NCBI GenBank assembly: GCA_965219445.1
Contig: CBDCNQ010000004.1
Location: 704,001-768,000 of the forward strand
Source of the DNA: Longimicrobiales bacterium
GTDB lineage: Bacteria; Gemmatimonadota; Gemmatimonadetes; Longimicrobiales; Gaopeijiaceae
Length of the DNA stretch: 64,000 nt
Reading direction: 5' to 3'
Under the pieces are notes generated by a model that saw only the letters and a program-made list of their open reading frames with translations, searched no databases and had not been told where the DNA came from. Position 1 is the stretch's first letter. Each line of letters starts with the position of its first letter. The translations under genes and the position numbers were made by a program. Positions 52,121 to 62,853 of this stretch are shown piece by piece.

Positions 52121-52181
52121 CAGACCCGGGTTCCCCCGAAAGAGAAAAACCGAGGAGGCTCAGGGCCGCGAGCTACAGGTG

Positions 52182-54368
52182 TCAGGGCCGCTCGAGATGC
52201 CGGCGGCCTCCCAGCGCAGTCACCCGCATTGAGGCTGCGTCCGCGGCGAGTGCCGCGACCTCCTCGCTGGGCCACAGCTCGATCGCGGCGACATCCGCTA
52301 GCTGCACAAACAACAATTGAAACTGCGTCGGGATTCCGAGCGTGCTACGATCGGGCCAGAGCTCGCGGTCCTTGAGTCCCCGGTAACGATAAACGTCGCG
52401 CACCAACGTCATGGTCCGTCCGATATCGAACCACTCCGCCCCCATCTCGTTGCTCCCCTGGACCCAGCCATCCGGGGCATCCGCCTCGATGTCCCGCATT
52501 ACGAGCTTGGTCGCGATGCCATGTCGGACTCCCCAAGGGTTCAAACCGAGTGAGCGAATGAGGCCTTGAGAACTTGCGAAGTAGATCGGTCTCCGGCCGG
52601 CCGAGTCGTTGATTATGCTGAGGGCGATACTCAGACCACGATCCAAGTAGAACCCGGACGGGTAAGTGACCAGCACGTTATCGAGCGACAGGCTGAGATC
52701 CTCTTGGAGTGGGCCTGATCCTACGTAATTCATGACCTCATCCGTCGCCAGAGAGACCGATTGGTCCGGCGGCGGAGTGGTCGTCGAATAGATTTCCACA
52801 GCGAATTGCTCGTCGAACGGTCTCTGCCGCCCGGGCTCCGTCTGGTCCCTGACTTGGCGCGGGTACCAGTCGGTGCGGAGGTACTGGAGGACGATGACGG
52901 TCACATCCTTGCGAACCCCTTCAATCTCTTGCGCGTACCAGAGCGGAAACGTGTCGTTGTCTCCGTTCGTGAACAGGATCCCGTACGGCTCCACACTCAT
53001 GAGTAGGTCGTACGCCCAGTCGACTGTGGCGTAGTCGTCGGCCCGGCTCGCCCATTCCCAGTTGTATGCCATTGGAATGAAGGTGACCAAAAGAACCGGC
53101 ATCGCCTTACGATAGGCACCACTCCCCCCCCAGTGATCGGAAAGCGCCGACCAGAATCCAGCCAGACCGATTCCCGCCAGATTTCCCCAGAGAAAGAAAC
53201 TTGCCACGAAGAAATAATCCCTTTCACGAACCTCGTGGGCGGTACGGTCGACAACGTCTGGCGCCAGCGAAAACCCGTACTTGAAGTTGAGGTAGACGAC
53301 CAGGCCCACCGTGAGTGTGGCCGCCAGCACGACTAGATACGTGAAGATCATTCGGTCGGCACGCCACAAAACGAGGAAGCCCATGAAACCCATCGCCACG
53401 AACAGGATGGTCGCAGGCAGTCGCGCTCCGATGGGCAGTTCGCTCAAGTCGGCCCCACGAGCCCACTGCCAATCGAAGTACTGAAAATAGTTGAGAAATT
53501 GGTGTCCGAGCGGTGCCTGCCGTTCGGCGATCGAGGGTTTGGCATACTGCGCGCGGGAGAGAGCGTCAGCTAGTGCAGGGCACCCGGCCTTACCATTTGT
53601 ATAGACCGCGACAATAGCACCGGCCGCCGATTCGCAGACTGGGTTCCCTTCATTGATGATGGGTTCCTGAGCCGCACGGATCGGGAGGAAGAGATTGAAC
53701 GAGACTCCGATGATCACGAGGGGAATGGCTCGAACCCAAAAGCGCGCCGTCAGTAGGACCACAGGGCCCGCCAGCAACACGAGCAAGCCCAGAGCTGGAG
53801 CGGGAAGGACGGACATGAGGTGATTGCTCGCCCCCAATACCATGAGATAGATGGCGAGCAGAAGGGCTCTGAGCCCCGCCGGCTCTCCGCGTTGGTCGTA
53901 CCATCTCAGCGCGAGCCACGAGACTGCAGCGATCACCGCCACACTCACCGTGTAGACCTTTTCGTTCGCCGTGGATTGATTCCAAACCGTGTACGCGGTC
54001 GCCCCCATCACGGAGCCGCACGCGGCGCCGACCGTGAGCATCCACCGCTCCTCGATCACGGTGGACAGCACCCGATGCCCAATCAAGAAGAAGAAGAACG
54101 TTGCCAGCGAACTCGTGGCGGCGGCGAAGAGGTTGATTCGTACCGCAACAGGCAAGCCCAACGGAGCCAGCAGCACGCTCCATACCCGCGCGATGCTGAC
54201 GAAAAGAGGATTCCCCGGCGGGTGAGGAACACCCACGATATGTGCCGTCGTGATGTATTCGCTGGCGTCCCACCAGGCTGTAGTGGGCGATAACGTCACG
54301 ATATAAAGGCCGAAGATCGCCAGCCCCAGCAACGCCCCGTCCCGGTACGGCGGTCGGTATTCGGTCAT
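52182..54368 (-). CDS. DUF2723 (TMEM260-like) membrane glycosyltransferase
   Basis: WDASEY, HPPGNP, EKVY, EVRERDYFF, FTNGDNDTFPLWY. Confidence 0.85.
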   Translation of the reverse strand: MTEYRPPYRDGALLGLAIFGLYIVTLSPTTAWWDASEYITTAHIVGVPHPPGNPLFVSIARVWSVLLAPLGLPVAVRINLFAAATSSLATFFFFLIGHRVLSTVIEERWMLTVGAACGSVMGATAYTVWNQSTANEKVYTVSVAVIAAVSWLALRWYDQRGEPAGLRALLLAIYLMVLGASNHLMSVLPAPALGLLVLLAGPVVLLTARFWVRAIPLVIIGVSFNLFLPIRAAQEPIINEGNPVCESAAGAIVAVYTNGKAGCPALADALSRAQYAKPSIAERQAPLGHQFLNYFQYFDWQWARGADLSELPIGARLPATILFVAMGFMGFLVLWRADRMIFTYLVVLAATLTVGLVVYLNFKYGFSLAPDVVDRTAHEVRERDYFFVASFFLWGNLAGIGLAGFWSALSDHWGGSGAYRKAMPVLLVTFIPMAYNWEWASRADDYATVDWAYDLLMSVEPYGILFTNGDNDTFPLWYAQEIEGVRKDVTVIVLQYLRTDWYPRQVRDQTEPGRQRPFDEQFAVEIYSTTTPPPDQSVSLATDEVMNYVGSGPLQEDLSLSLDNVLVTYPSGFYLDRGLSIALSIINDSAGRRPIYFASSQGLIRSLGLNPWGVRHGIATKLVMRDIEADAPDGWVQGSNEMGAEWFDIGRTMTLVRDVYRYRGLKDRELWPDRSTLGIPTQFQLLFVQLADVAAIELWPSEEVAALAADAASMRVTALGGRRHLERP

Positions 54369-54543
54369 TGCTACCCTTATGAGAAGTTCCTTGCTGCTCA
54401 GGCGTCCGCCAGCAGTCCAACGGCGGCCTCCTCAGCAACTCCCGGATCCGCGCAGCCTGACCTAAGTACCTCTGAAGCGCCAGGGCACAGGCCCAAGATA
54501 ACTCCTAGCGGTCTTCGGCACCGCAACAATAGGTTCTTCCTCC

Positions 54544-55644
54544 ATGACCACAGTGTTGAGAACCACCCGAGCCCTCGGGAGTTGGATCACGGGCAGGTCG
54601 GCGGTGGAGGAGTACGAGACCGTCCTACCCAGGGGGGACCGTGAAATCCCGGCTTCGATCACAATCCCGAACGGAGGAGGCCGGAACCTGCCAGGATGGG
54701 TCGTTCTACATGGCATCACACGACCCGGGCGGTTCCATCCGACACTACTACGCTTCGTTCGCGCCCTCGCGTCTTCCAAGGCCGCCGTACTCGTGCCCCA
54801 GATTCCCGAGTGGGTCGACCTCCGGCTGGAGCCCGAACGGACGCTCCCGTCGGTTCGGGCCGCTCTCGATGGCCTCCGGTCTCTTCCAAACACGTCGGAT
54901 GGGCCCTATGGGCTGATCGGCTTTTCCTTCGGTGCACCGCAAGTGATGATCGCTGCCGCTCACCAAGACATCTCTGACCAGCTGGCGGGGGTCATCGGCT
55001 TCGGCGGTTATTGTGATATAGAGAGCATGGTCCGGTTTCAGATGACGGGCCGTTTCGACTGGGGTGACGCCACCCATCATCTCCGGCCCGACCCATACGG
55101 ACGGTGGATCATGGCGGGGAACCACCTCACTTCGATTCCAGACTATCGGAACGCCCAGGATGTCTCCGATGCCCTGTGGCGCCTCGCCGTCGAGGCTGGA
55201 GAACGAAGGATCCTGGCATGGGATCCCTCCTACGACACCCTTAAGGAGCAGCTGAGGGAACAGGTATCGAAGGACCGAAGAGAGATCTTCGATCTGTTCG
55301 CTCCTCCGTCGGACAGCGAGCCGGGGGAGACCGAAGCCGAACGGATTACGCCGTTGCTTACTCGCGCCGCCGTAGAGGACGCTCCCCTCTTGGACCCGCT
55401 CCCCTTCCTAGACCGGGTCGAGATTCCGGTCCAACTCCTCCACGGACGCAATGATCGCTTGATCCCATACACCGAAACGCTCCGGATGGAGGCCGCGTTC
55501 CGTGAGGAGAGGAGCGTCGACGTGACCATCACAGCACTCATGGAGCACTCTGACCAAGGGGGGCGGCTGGCCTCCATAGGGAAGGAGATCAATGAGGGCG
55601 CGAAGTTGCTGCGTTCGCTCGGGCGCCTACTGGGCACCGTCTAG
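54544..55644 (+). CDS. Alpha/beta hydrolase
   Basis: LHG, nucleophile GFSFG, LHGRND, late H. Confidence 0.75.
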   Translation: MTTVLRTTRALGSWITGRSAVEEYETVLPRGDREIPASITIPNGGGRNLPGWVVLHGITRPGRFHPTLLRFVRALASSKAAVLVPQIPEWVDLRLEPERTLPSVRAALDGLRSLPNTSDGPYGLIGFSFGAPQVMIAAAHQDISDQLAGVIGFGGYCDIESMVRFQMTGRFDWGDATHHLRPDPYGRWIMAGNHLTSIPDYRNAQDVSDALWRLAVEAGERRILAWDPSYDTLKEQLREQVSKDRREIFDLFAPPSDSEPGETEAERITPLLTRAAVEDAPLLDPLPFLDRVEIPVQLLHGRNDRLIPYTETLRMEAAFREERSVDVTITALMEHSDQGGRLASIGKEINEGAKLLRSLGRLLGTV

Positions 55645-55687
55645 AGAAGCCTACTGAAGAAGGGAGGCGAGGCGTGTGAGGGAGCGC

Positions 55688-56550
55688 TCACCTTCCTGAG
55701 AGAAGCTGTGCGGCGGCCGAGCTGATCTCCGGATCCTTGTCGGCCCTGGCCTTCTTGACCAGGCTCACGGCATGAGGCATGCCTATGGAAGCGAGCGCCT
55801 TGAGGCCGGCCAGGCGTACTCCCTTCGGCGGACGTTGGAAGAGGGACCTCTTCACCCGCTTCTCGATCTCCGGCACCGCCGATGGGTCGCCCAACGCTCC
55901 CAGCGCCTGAAGAACCTGTTCCATCACTGATTCCTCGTCTCCGCCCTTGACGATCTCAATGAGCTGCTTATACGCCCGCTCCACCTTGAGCGCGGAAACC
56001 GCCCGGGCGGCCTCGGTCCGCACCTCGGAGTCGGAATCCCCTAGCATGCTCGATACCAACAAGCCGGCATTCTCACCGCCGATCTTGGCAAGTGACCGGA
56101 CCGTCTCCCGCCGGACCCCGGCGTGTGCATTCGCCAGGGTGGCAGTCAGAGGTTCGATCCCACTCTCTCCACCCACCGCACCGAGCACGGCAACGGCATT
56201 GCGGACGACAAACCAACTAGAGTCCCGCAGCATCCTCTCGACCGCTTGGGCACCCACCGAACCGAACCCCGCGAGAGCAGCCACATAGGTCTTACGAGCC
56301 AAGCGATCTTCGGTGATCGTGAGGGCGCCGGCGATCGCCTCGGCAACCGAGTCGCCCAACCTTACAAAGGCTCCGATGAGCGCCTCACGCTCTTCCTCGT
56401 CCCGAATGCTCCCGAGCGAGACCACCATCCGTGCGAGCAGGTCCTCATCCATCAACTCACCGGCTAAATTCTCGACCCCCACATCCCCGTCGGCTTGGAG
56501 AAGCAGGCGGTTTACGCTCGAGGCGATCTCACCCAAGGCGCCGGCGGCGG
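55688..56550 (-). pseudogene. HEAT-repeat protein, 5'-truncated by IS3 element
   Basis: Repeats WFVVRNAV, VRRETVRSL, VRTEAARA; frame runs up to the IS end at 56551 with no proper start. Confidence 0.75.
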
Positions 56551-57378
56551 TGACGTACCCCCTCCTGCGGTACCACTTGCTATGTTAGACCTGAAGCCAT
56601 TGGCGGTCCCTGGAGCTGAGGCATTCTGAGGAACCAAGGTGATGGTTTCAATGCTTCCGGAGCGGGGGGTAGACCGCCGCAGGCGCTGTGGGGTCGAACG
56701 GTATTGTACACCCGCCGCCACTGCTCGACGAGTACGACGGCCTCGGGCAGTGTGTAAAAGATCTCTCCGTTCAAGAACTCGTTCCTCAGCTTGCCGTTGA
56801 AGCTCTCGTTGTAGCCGTTCTCCCACGGACTGCCCGGCGCGATGTAGAGGATCTGGACCCGCAGCCTGGCCAGCCATCTCCGCACCAGTTTCGCCGTGAA
56901 CTCTGGCCCGTTGTCCGAGCGCAGATGCTCGGGCGGACCGTGCCGAGCGAAGAGATCGGTGAGCACCTCGAGAACGTCGTGAGCTCGAGTCTTTCGACCG
57001 ACCTTGATCGCCAGACACTGCCGCGTGTACTCGTCGAGCACGGTCAGAAGCTTCAGCGCACGGCCGTCATGGGTCCTCGTGCTTACGAAGTCGTAGGACC
57101 ACACGTGATTCTTGTGCAGTGGCCTGAGCCGGATGCACGAGCCATCGTTGAGCCACAACCGACCCCGTTTCGGTTGCCGTCTGGGCACTTTCAGCCCCTC
57201 CTGCCTCCAGATACGCTCCACACGCTTGTGGTTCACCTCCCAGCCCTCGATGCGTAGCAGGTTCGTGATCTGTCGATACCCGTACCTGCCGAACCGGCTC
57301 GCCAACCGTATCACGTCCGTGCGTAGCGCCGACTCGTCGACCCGCACCTTCTTCACCCGACGCTGAGTCGAGCGCCGA
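56551..57378 (-). mobile_element. Truncated IS3-family element (OrfB DDE transposase + right IR; OrfA and left IR missing)
   Basis: [49 protein letters not shown]; terminal ...GGGGTACGTCA (TG at 56551). Confidence 0.88.
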
Positions 57379-57410
57379 TAGACTCGAACTACCGACCTCA
57401 CGCTTATCAG
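57379..57410 (-). repeat. tRNA-Ile 3' fragment (att site copy, 32 bp)
   Basis: tagactcgaactaccgacctcacgcttatcag identical to part of the tRNA at 62780-62853; on the minus strand it begins at the anticodon loop. Confidence 0.9.
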
Positions 57411-57692
57411 ATATGAGTCGAGCGCTCGTGGGCGCTCGTGGGCGCTGGAAACAGGGGGATTTGGCCGATTCTGCGCTGGTGGGCGCTCGCCAGCGCTGGC
57501 CAGCGATGATACAGGTTTTGTTACAGCTTTCTCAACACGCTAGGGGACGTTTCGTCCTCATCAGGTAGCCAAACCCAGCGAGTTCCTTCTGCAACAACAC
57601 CTTCTATCGATCTTGTGCCCAGCACTTCGGTTTCACCTAAGTCTGTCTTTTGTAGACGTCAAGTTGCCATATATTGACGTTCACTCGGAGTC

Positions 57693-58601
57693 CTACCCCG
57701 AGCAGTACTGAAACCGGATCAGTTGTTTGGGCTCTGAGTACCACCAGGACTGGAAGTGCGCTGAGGGGTCTGCAGGCCAATCAAGAATTCGAGCGGGCAC
57801 AACAACCGGTAAAGGGTCAACACCAAACGGGTACGGTTCGCAAATGATACGTCCTTCACTTGCCGGTTTCACCTTAATCGTCACTCGATCCTCCCAGCTC
57901 CTCCGGGGAACGTCGAGCAGGTCGAACTCGTCATCTCCAAATCCCTTGGCGGTACCTGTGCGAGGGGGAATGAGTGGTGAGCAGAGTGACAGCGACAGCC
58001 CATCTAGGAGTTGGAGCAATCGAGCATGCGGGTTCAAATGTTCCCTATCGATCCAGGCTGCGTAAGTTTGGTCCTTACGAAGCCGTGCAATAAATGCGTC
58101 CTGCATCTCTTTGATCTCGTCAACAAAACCACGAGCAATATCGAGTCCCTCCCCCATAAGGCTCGTTGACGAACCTTTCCAGAACAACGGATGAGCAAAA
58201 GCAGGGTCCGGGTCGGTTTGAATTCCATGGGCATAGAGCCAATACCCCTGAAAACTGATGAGCAGACTCGCATAGGGATGGTCTCGACTGAAGCGAGGAA
58301 TTCCGAGTCGCCACCGATTCATGGCTTCCTGCCGGTTCTTCGGCAAGTCCGTAAGATCCAACGGAAGCCCATCGACCTCTGAAAGTTCAGGAGTAGCTTC
58401 CCATTCCCACCAGCCGTTGTCGTGCTGGGCAATGGCCAACACGACCTCGGCCCGCAACTGCTCGGGATCATCTGCGCTGGCGAACTGTCCAGGACGAGCA
58501 AACTCGTCGTTTCCCCAATTGGCAGCAAGAAGCCCTGCCAGCTCAGCATGGTCTGGCTGGCTGACCAACCACATCTGTTTATCACGCAGAGTTTTCAGCA
58601 T
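57693..58601 (-). CDS. DUF3891 family protein
   Basis: SQPDHAELAGLLAANWGN, AIAQHDNGW, PYASLLIS, DGLSL, PYPF; start ATG 58601. Confidence 0.78.
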   Translation of the reverse strand: MLKTLRDKQMWLVSQPDHAELAGLLAANWGNDEFARPGQFASADDPEQLRAEVVLAIAQHDNGWWEWEATPELSEVDGLPLDLTDLPKNRQEAMNRWRLGIPRFSRDHPYASLLISFQGYWLYAHGIQTDPDPAFAHPLFWKGSSTSLMGEGLDIARGFVDEIKEMQDAFIARLRKDQTYAAWIDREHLNPHARLLQLLDGLSLSLCSPLIPPRTGTAKGFGDDEFDLLDVPRRSWEDRVTIKVKPASEGRIICEPYPFGVDPLPVVVPARILDWPADPSAHFQSWWYSEPKQLIRFQYCSG

Positions 58602-59044
58602 AGTATTTCCGTTGGGACAATTGTGAGCCTCTCTTGGAGAGGTGCTCCGCCAGTATCTGAATAGCCACACCCCGGTTGAGATTGGTATCGGTGGCACGGT
58701 AGACCTCGCCCATGCCGCAGGGATAGGCGATTCAAAGGCCCTTGGCCGAGTTCAGCAGCCTCCTCGAGAGAGCTGAGGCACCCCAAGAACGTTGTGTTGG
58801 GAGGCCGTGTCCATGCCAAGGTGCCCTGTCACCGTTCACCCATGCAAGGATGTGACGATCGGATGCGTGGATGGGCAAGAGGTGTGGAACGGATCCGACC
58901 CCGCGTCGGGGACGGAGGGTCCGTGGTCCGTCGGGCAGGCCACGATGTGAATGGCAGAAGTGACGTTGGCCGGCCCCATCGCTTTGTAAGCACGACACCG
59001 ACCGACATCGCAGTGGCACCGCCCAATCCGGCGAATACGCCTAT

Positions 59045-59164
59045 TCAAAGATATTTGACTAAACCACCGCCAAATTTTTCTACCAGTGGCTTGGCGTGGT
59101 CAACATATTCCTGAAATTTTTGGCCATCTTTGATTGTAATATCGATCATATAAAACGCCTTCAT
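59045..59164 (-). pseudogene. DUF1330-family N-terminal fragment
   Basis: MKAFYMIDITIKDGQKFQEYVDHAKPLVEKFGG then breaks off; AAGGAA RBS; AT-rich. Confidence 0.6.
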
Positions 59165-59300
59165 TTTCTGTTCCTTTCTCTGTTTGATCCAACCGAAAAC
59201 TAAAATTCTAGACGCCGAATGTGTCCACAATAAACGTCTGCCCTTTTATTTGCTAAAAACAATCTCGCCGCATGGCATTGAGAAAACACGTTGAGTTGAC

Positions 59301-59351
59301 ATGGGACGACCGCTTGCATTTGACCGCAAAACAGCTATCGACGCCGCGCTA
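59301..59351 (+). pseudogene. TetR-family regulator N-terminal fragment
   Basis: MGRPLAFDRKTAIDAAL, a typical TetR start; no HTH follows; divergent from DUF1330 fragment. Confidence 0.5.
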
Positions 59352-59665
59352 GCGGCTTGCAATTCGCTCGACCGCATGGTTAGAAGTCGCGCTTTAGCAC
59401 CAGCGGAGACGGTTGTCCCCACTAAATCAAGGACCGACGTTGGGGGGGAGGCGCTGGTCCTCGCGCTGCGTCACTAAGCTAGAGCATGCCTAGGGTCGTA
59501 CGCCACCACATCGGCGTACAGAACCCCAGTCGCTTGCCCACCAAGTGCACCCGACGGCCCCCCTGAAAACGCCATCTTGCTACAGCCAGTGATATTGCCC
59601 TCACGCCTTTCTTGATACAGTAAAGCCCCGAAGTCCCTAAGGCCTTGCGGGGCTGCTACTTAAAA

Positions 59666-59712
59666 AATGGGCCTGGGTAGACTCGAACTACCGACCTCAC
59701 GCTTATCAGGCG
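59666..59712 (-). repeat. tRNA-Ile 3' fragment (att site copy, 47 bp)
   Basis: Identical to 62778-62824. Confidence 0.92.
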
Positions 59713-60232
59713 CCTGAGTAGGGGTCGGAATCACGGCAGGATGCCGGAAAATCTAGATGGATCGCGCGATTTGCCGCTTTCGCGAGTCCTAGATGTCGTG
59801 ATCTGCCGGGTTCAATCGACAGGACAATCGACAGGACACCCGACCGGAACCGTCCATGGATCGCCCGCCTAAGATCGACGAAGTCGCACCGACTGGATGC
59901 GACCTCAAATGGGCGACCCACTGAACCCCATTCATTATTCGGGGTGTTTTCCTGAGTTGGGCTGAGTCGGGTTCAGTGCCGTAAGTGTATTCTCCGTTAT
60001 CACTTACGTGGGGTTGTTCCTCCGATCAGTATTTCCCTCTTCTCCCCCGTTTGGCTGAGTTGGCACACAAAACGGAGGTCTGAATCGGCCCATTGGGACG
60101 GGGTTTCGGGGGGTCGAGCGGTCGCTAAGCACACTTTGGCCGGGGGGGGCCGTGAAGGAGGCCAGGCCCTCGACTACTCCCCATTAGGCAGATGCTTGCC
60201 GGGTCACACGCCCTAGACACATCTTGTCCGCC

Positions 60233-62470
60233 ATGTCCGACCCCATCACGCGTCTGAACGCAGCCCTCGAGGGCCACTACGCCATCGAGCGTGAGCTGGG
60301 CGAGGGCGGCATGGCCACGGTCTACCTGGCCGACGACCTCAAGCACAACCGGAAGGTGGCGCTCAAAGTTCTGAAGCCCGAGCTGGCAGCCGTTACGGGT
60401 GCCGACCGGTTCCTGGCAGAAATCCGCACCACCGCCAACCTCCAGCATCCCCACATTCTGCCGCTCTTCGACTCCGGCGAGGCCGACGGCTTCATGTACT
60501 ATGTGATGCCATACGTGGAGGGTAGGTCTCTCCGAGAAGAGCTCGACCGTGAAAAGCAGCTTTCCATCCATGACGCTCTCGCGATCGCGAATCAGGTCGC
60601 AGACGCGTTATGGTCTGCGCACAGGCAGGGGGTGGTCCACAGAGACATCAAGCCCGAGAACATTCTTCTCAGGGAAGATCACGCGGTCGTGGCCGACTTC
60701 GGGATTGCGCTGGCTCTGACCGCAGCTGGAGGTGAGCGTCTCACGGGGACCGGGCTTTCAGTCGGTACGCCGGACTACATGAGTCCCGAACAGGTGGTTG
60801 GTGATCGTGAAATCGATGGGCGGAGCGACATCTATTCGTTGTCGTGCGTCTTGTATGAAATGCTGGCCGGCGTCCCCCCCTTTGTGGCCTCGACTCCCCA
60901 GGCAGTCGTCGCGCGACACCTGACCGATCCGGCACCGCCCATTACTACCGTGCGACCGGGGGTGTCCTCGACCGTCGCGGGTGCCATCGCGAGAGCGCTC
61001 AACAAGGTCCCTGCCGACAGACATGAATCGGCCAAGGCCTTTCAGGAGGCATTGTCTGCGACGGCGGAAGAGGTTGAGGCAAGTAGAAAGTCGATTGCGG
61101 TGCTGCCGTTCGCGAACCTCAGCACCGATGCCGAGCAGGAGTACTTCTGCGACGGGATGACGGAAGAGATCATCAACGCTCTCAGCCACGTCGAGGATTT
61201 AAAGGTGATTGCCAGGACATCGGCGTTCGCGTTCAAGGGCCGCCATGAGGACGTCCGGGAAATCGGCAGAGCCCTCGACGTCAAACACCTGCTCGAGGGG
61301 AGCGTTAGGAGCGCCGGAAATCGACTCCGGATTACGGCCCAGCTCATCAAGACCGCCGATGGCAGCCACCTGTGGTCGGAGCGGTACGACCGCGACATGG
61401 ACGATATCTTCGCCGTACAGGACGAGATCGCCCTAGCCATTGTGGACATCCTGAAAGCGAGACTGGTTACGGCAGAAAGAGAGGCTCTCACCAAGCGTTA
61501 CACCGATGACTCGGAGCTCTACAATCTGTACCTCCTGGGTCGGCATCACTGGCACAGATTCACCCCGGAAGGCTTCGAGTTCAGTGAGCGCTACATGGAG
61601 CAGGCTATCGAGAAGGACCCGGATTTCGCTTTGGCGCACGTGGGAATCGCCGAAGTGGCCCACATGAAACCGTTCTTCGCGAATGCGCCACCGAAGGCCG
61701 TCATTCCCAAAGCCAAGGCCCACGTGGAAAGAGCTCTGGAGATCGACCCCAACCTGGCGGAAGCTCACGCCATTTTGGGCCGGTTCCACACCTTCTACGA
61801 CTGGGATTGGGAGAGAGCTGAGCGAGAATATCAACTCGCCTTGGCCCACAACCCCAATTCAGCGACCGCGCACAACTTCTATGCATCTCTGTTGTCCCTT
61901 ACGGGGCGGCATGACAAGGCCGTGGAGGAAGCGTCGCGAGCCCGGGAACTCGATCCGTTGGCCGTTTTCATCAACGCCATCAAAGGCGAGCGAACCTACC
62001 ATGCCGGTCGGTTTGAGGAAGCTATCGTCGACCTGAAAGAGACGATTGCCATGGACCCGGGGTACTTCTACGCCCATCTCCTTCTTGGCTGGACCTACTG
62101 GTCGGCTGAAAGCTGGGAGGAGGCGATATCGGAGTACGAGACCGCACTTTCCCTCTCAAACAGAGACCCCATGGTTGTGTTCAGCCTCGCGAACGCCTAC
62201 CGGCAAACCGATCGCGAAAGGGAAGCGGACGAGCTTCTGAACGAAGTCGAGGACGAGGCCAAACACAAATTCATACCGCCCCTATACCTGTTCTCCATGT
62301 ACAAGGTGCGGGGTGATCTTGATCGGGCGTTCGAGTGGTTCGAAAAGGCCGTCGAGGAGCGTGATTCCATGCTTCCGTTTTGTCTGACCTGGCCGGGCGA
62401 CGAGTTGAGAATCCCCGATGAGCCAAGGTTTCACCAGGCGTTGGACCGACTAAGAAGCCCCCAGACGTAG
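60233..62470 (+). CDS. Hanks-type Ser/Thr protein kinase + TolB-like N domain + TPR repeats
   Basis: GEGGMATVY, VALK, HRDIKPEN, DFG, GTPDYMSPE; SIAVLPF...LEGSVR; TPRs. Confidence 0.93.
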   Translation: MSDPITRLNAALEGHYAIERELGEGGMATVYLADDLKHNRKVALKVLKPELAAVTGADRFLAEIRTTANLQHPHILPLFDSGEADGFMYYVMPYVEGRSLREELDREKQLSIHDALAIANQVADALWSAHRQGVVHRDIKPENILLREDHAVVADFGIALALTAAGGERLTGTGLSVGTPDYMSPEQVVGDREIDGRSDIYSLSCVLYEMLAGVPPFVASTPQAVVARHLTDPAPPITTVRPGVSSTVAGAIARALNKVPADRHESAKAFQEALSATAEEVEASRKSIAVLPFANLSTDAEQEYFCDGMTEEIINALSHVEDLKVIARTSAFAFKGRHEDVREIGRALDVKHLLEGSVRSAGNRLRITAQLIKTADGSHLWSERYDRDMDDIFAVQDEIALAIVDILKARLVTAEREALTKRYTDDSELYNLYLLGRHHWHRFTPEGFEFSERYMEQAIEKDPDFALAHVGIAEVAHMKPFFANAPPKAVIPKAKAHVERALEIDPNLAEAHAILGRFHTFYDWDWERAEREYQLALAHNPNSATAHNFYASLLSLTGRHDKAVEEASRARELDPLAVFINAIKGERTYHAGRFEEAIVDLKETIAMDPGYFYAHLLLGWTYWSAESWEEAISEYETALSLSNRDPMVVFSLANAYRQTDREREADELLNEVEDEAKHKFIPPLYLFSMYKVRGDLDRAFEWFEKAVEERDSMLPFCLTWPGDELRIPDEPRFHQALDRLRSPQT

Positions 62471-62730
62471 AGGTGGGGAACTGACCCCGCACCGACCCAC
62501 TGAAGCACCATCAGGTTCACTGATACCCCTAACATGACACGCCCTTGCTCATGCAGCATGAGGTCCTCGATGGCCGACGGACTAGAGCAGACCAGGTGGC
62601 TGAGGTTGACCAGCGTCACATCACATAACGCCTGACTCAGGCTCTCGCCTCTTGGGACGCCCGCGGGCAGCCGAACATCGCTGCGAATCGACAGGACAAT
62701 CGACAGGAAGGGCCGATCTACCGGAAGCAA

Positions 62731-62767
62731 GAACCCCGCCCGGCCACGTAAGACCAAGCGGGGCTTC
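62731..62767 (-). terminator. Terminator-like hairpin downstream of tRNA-Ile
   Basis: Plus strand gaaccccgcccggcc-acgtaa-gaccaagcggggcttc, an imperfect GC-rich stem with a weak U tail. Confidence 0.45.
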
Positions 62768-62779
62768 GATTTCCATCAA

Positions 62780-62853
<74 letters not shown>

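Larger units (their letters stand above)
57379..59712. mobile_element. Degenerate tRNA-Ile-integrated island B (~2.3 kb, no integrase)
   Basis: Flanked by tRNA 3' duplications; TGNTACAG repeats near both ends; 10-bp gcgctcgtgg tandem repeats; lower GC cargo. Confidence 0.7.

Noticed and set aside
58700..59040. Several short overlapping ORFs in island B
   Set aside because: No recognisable motif or RBS; probably eroded sequence
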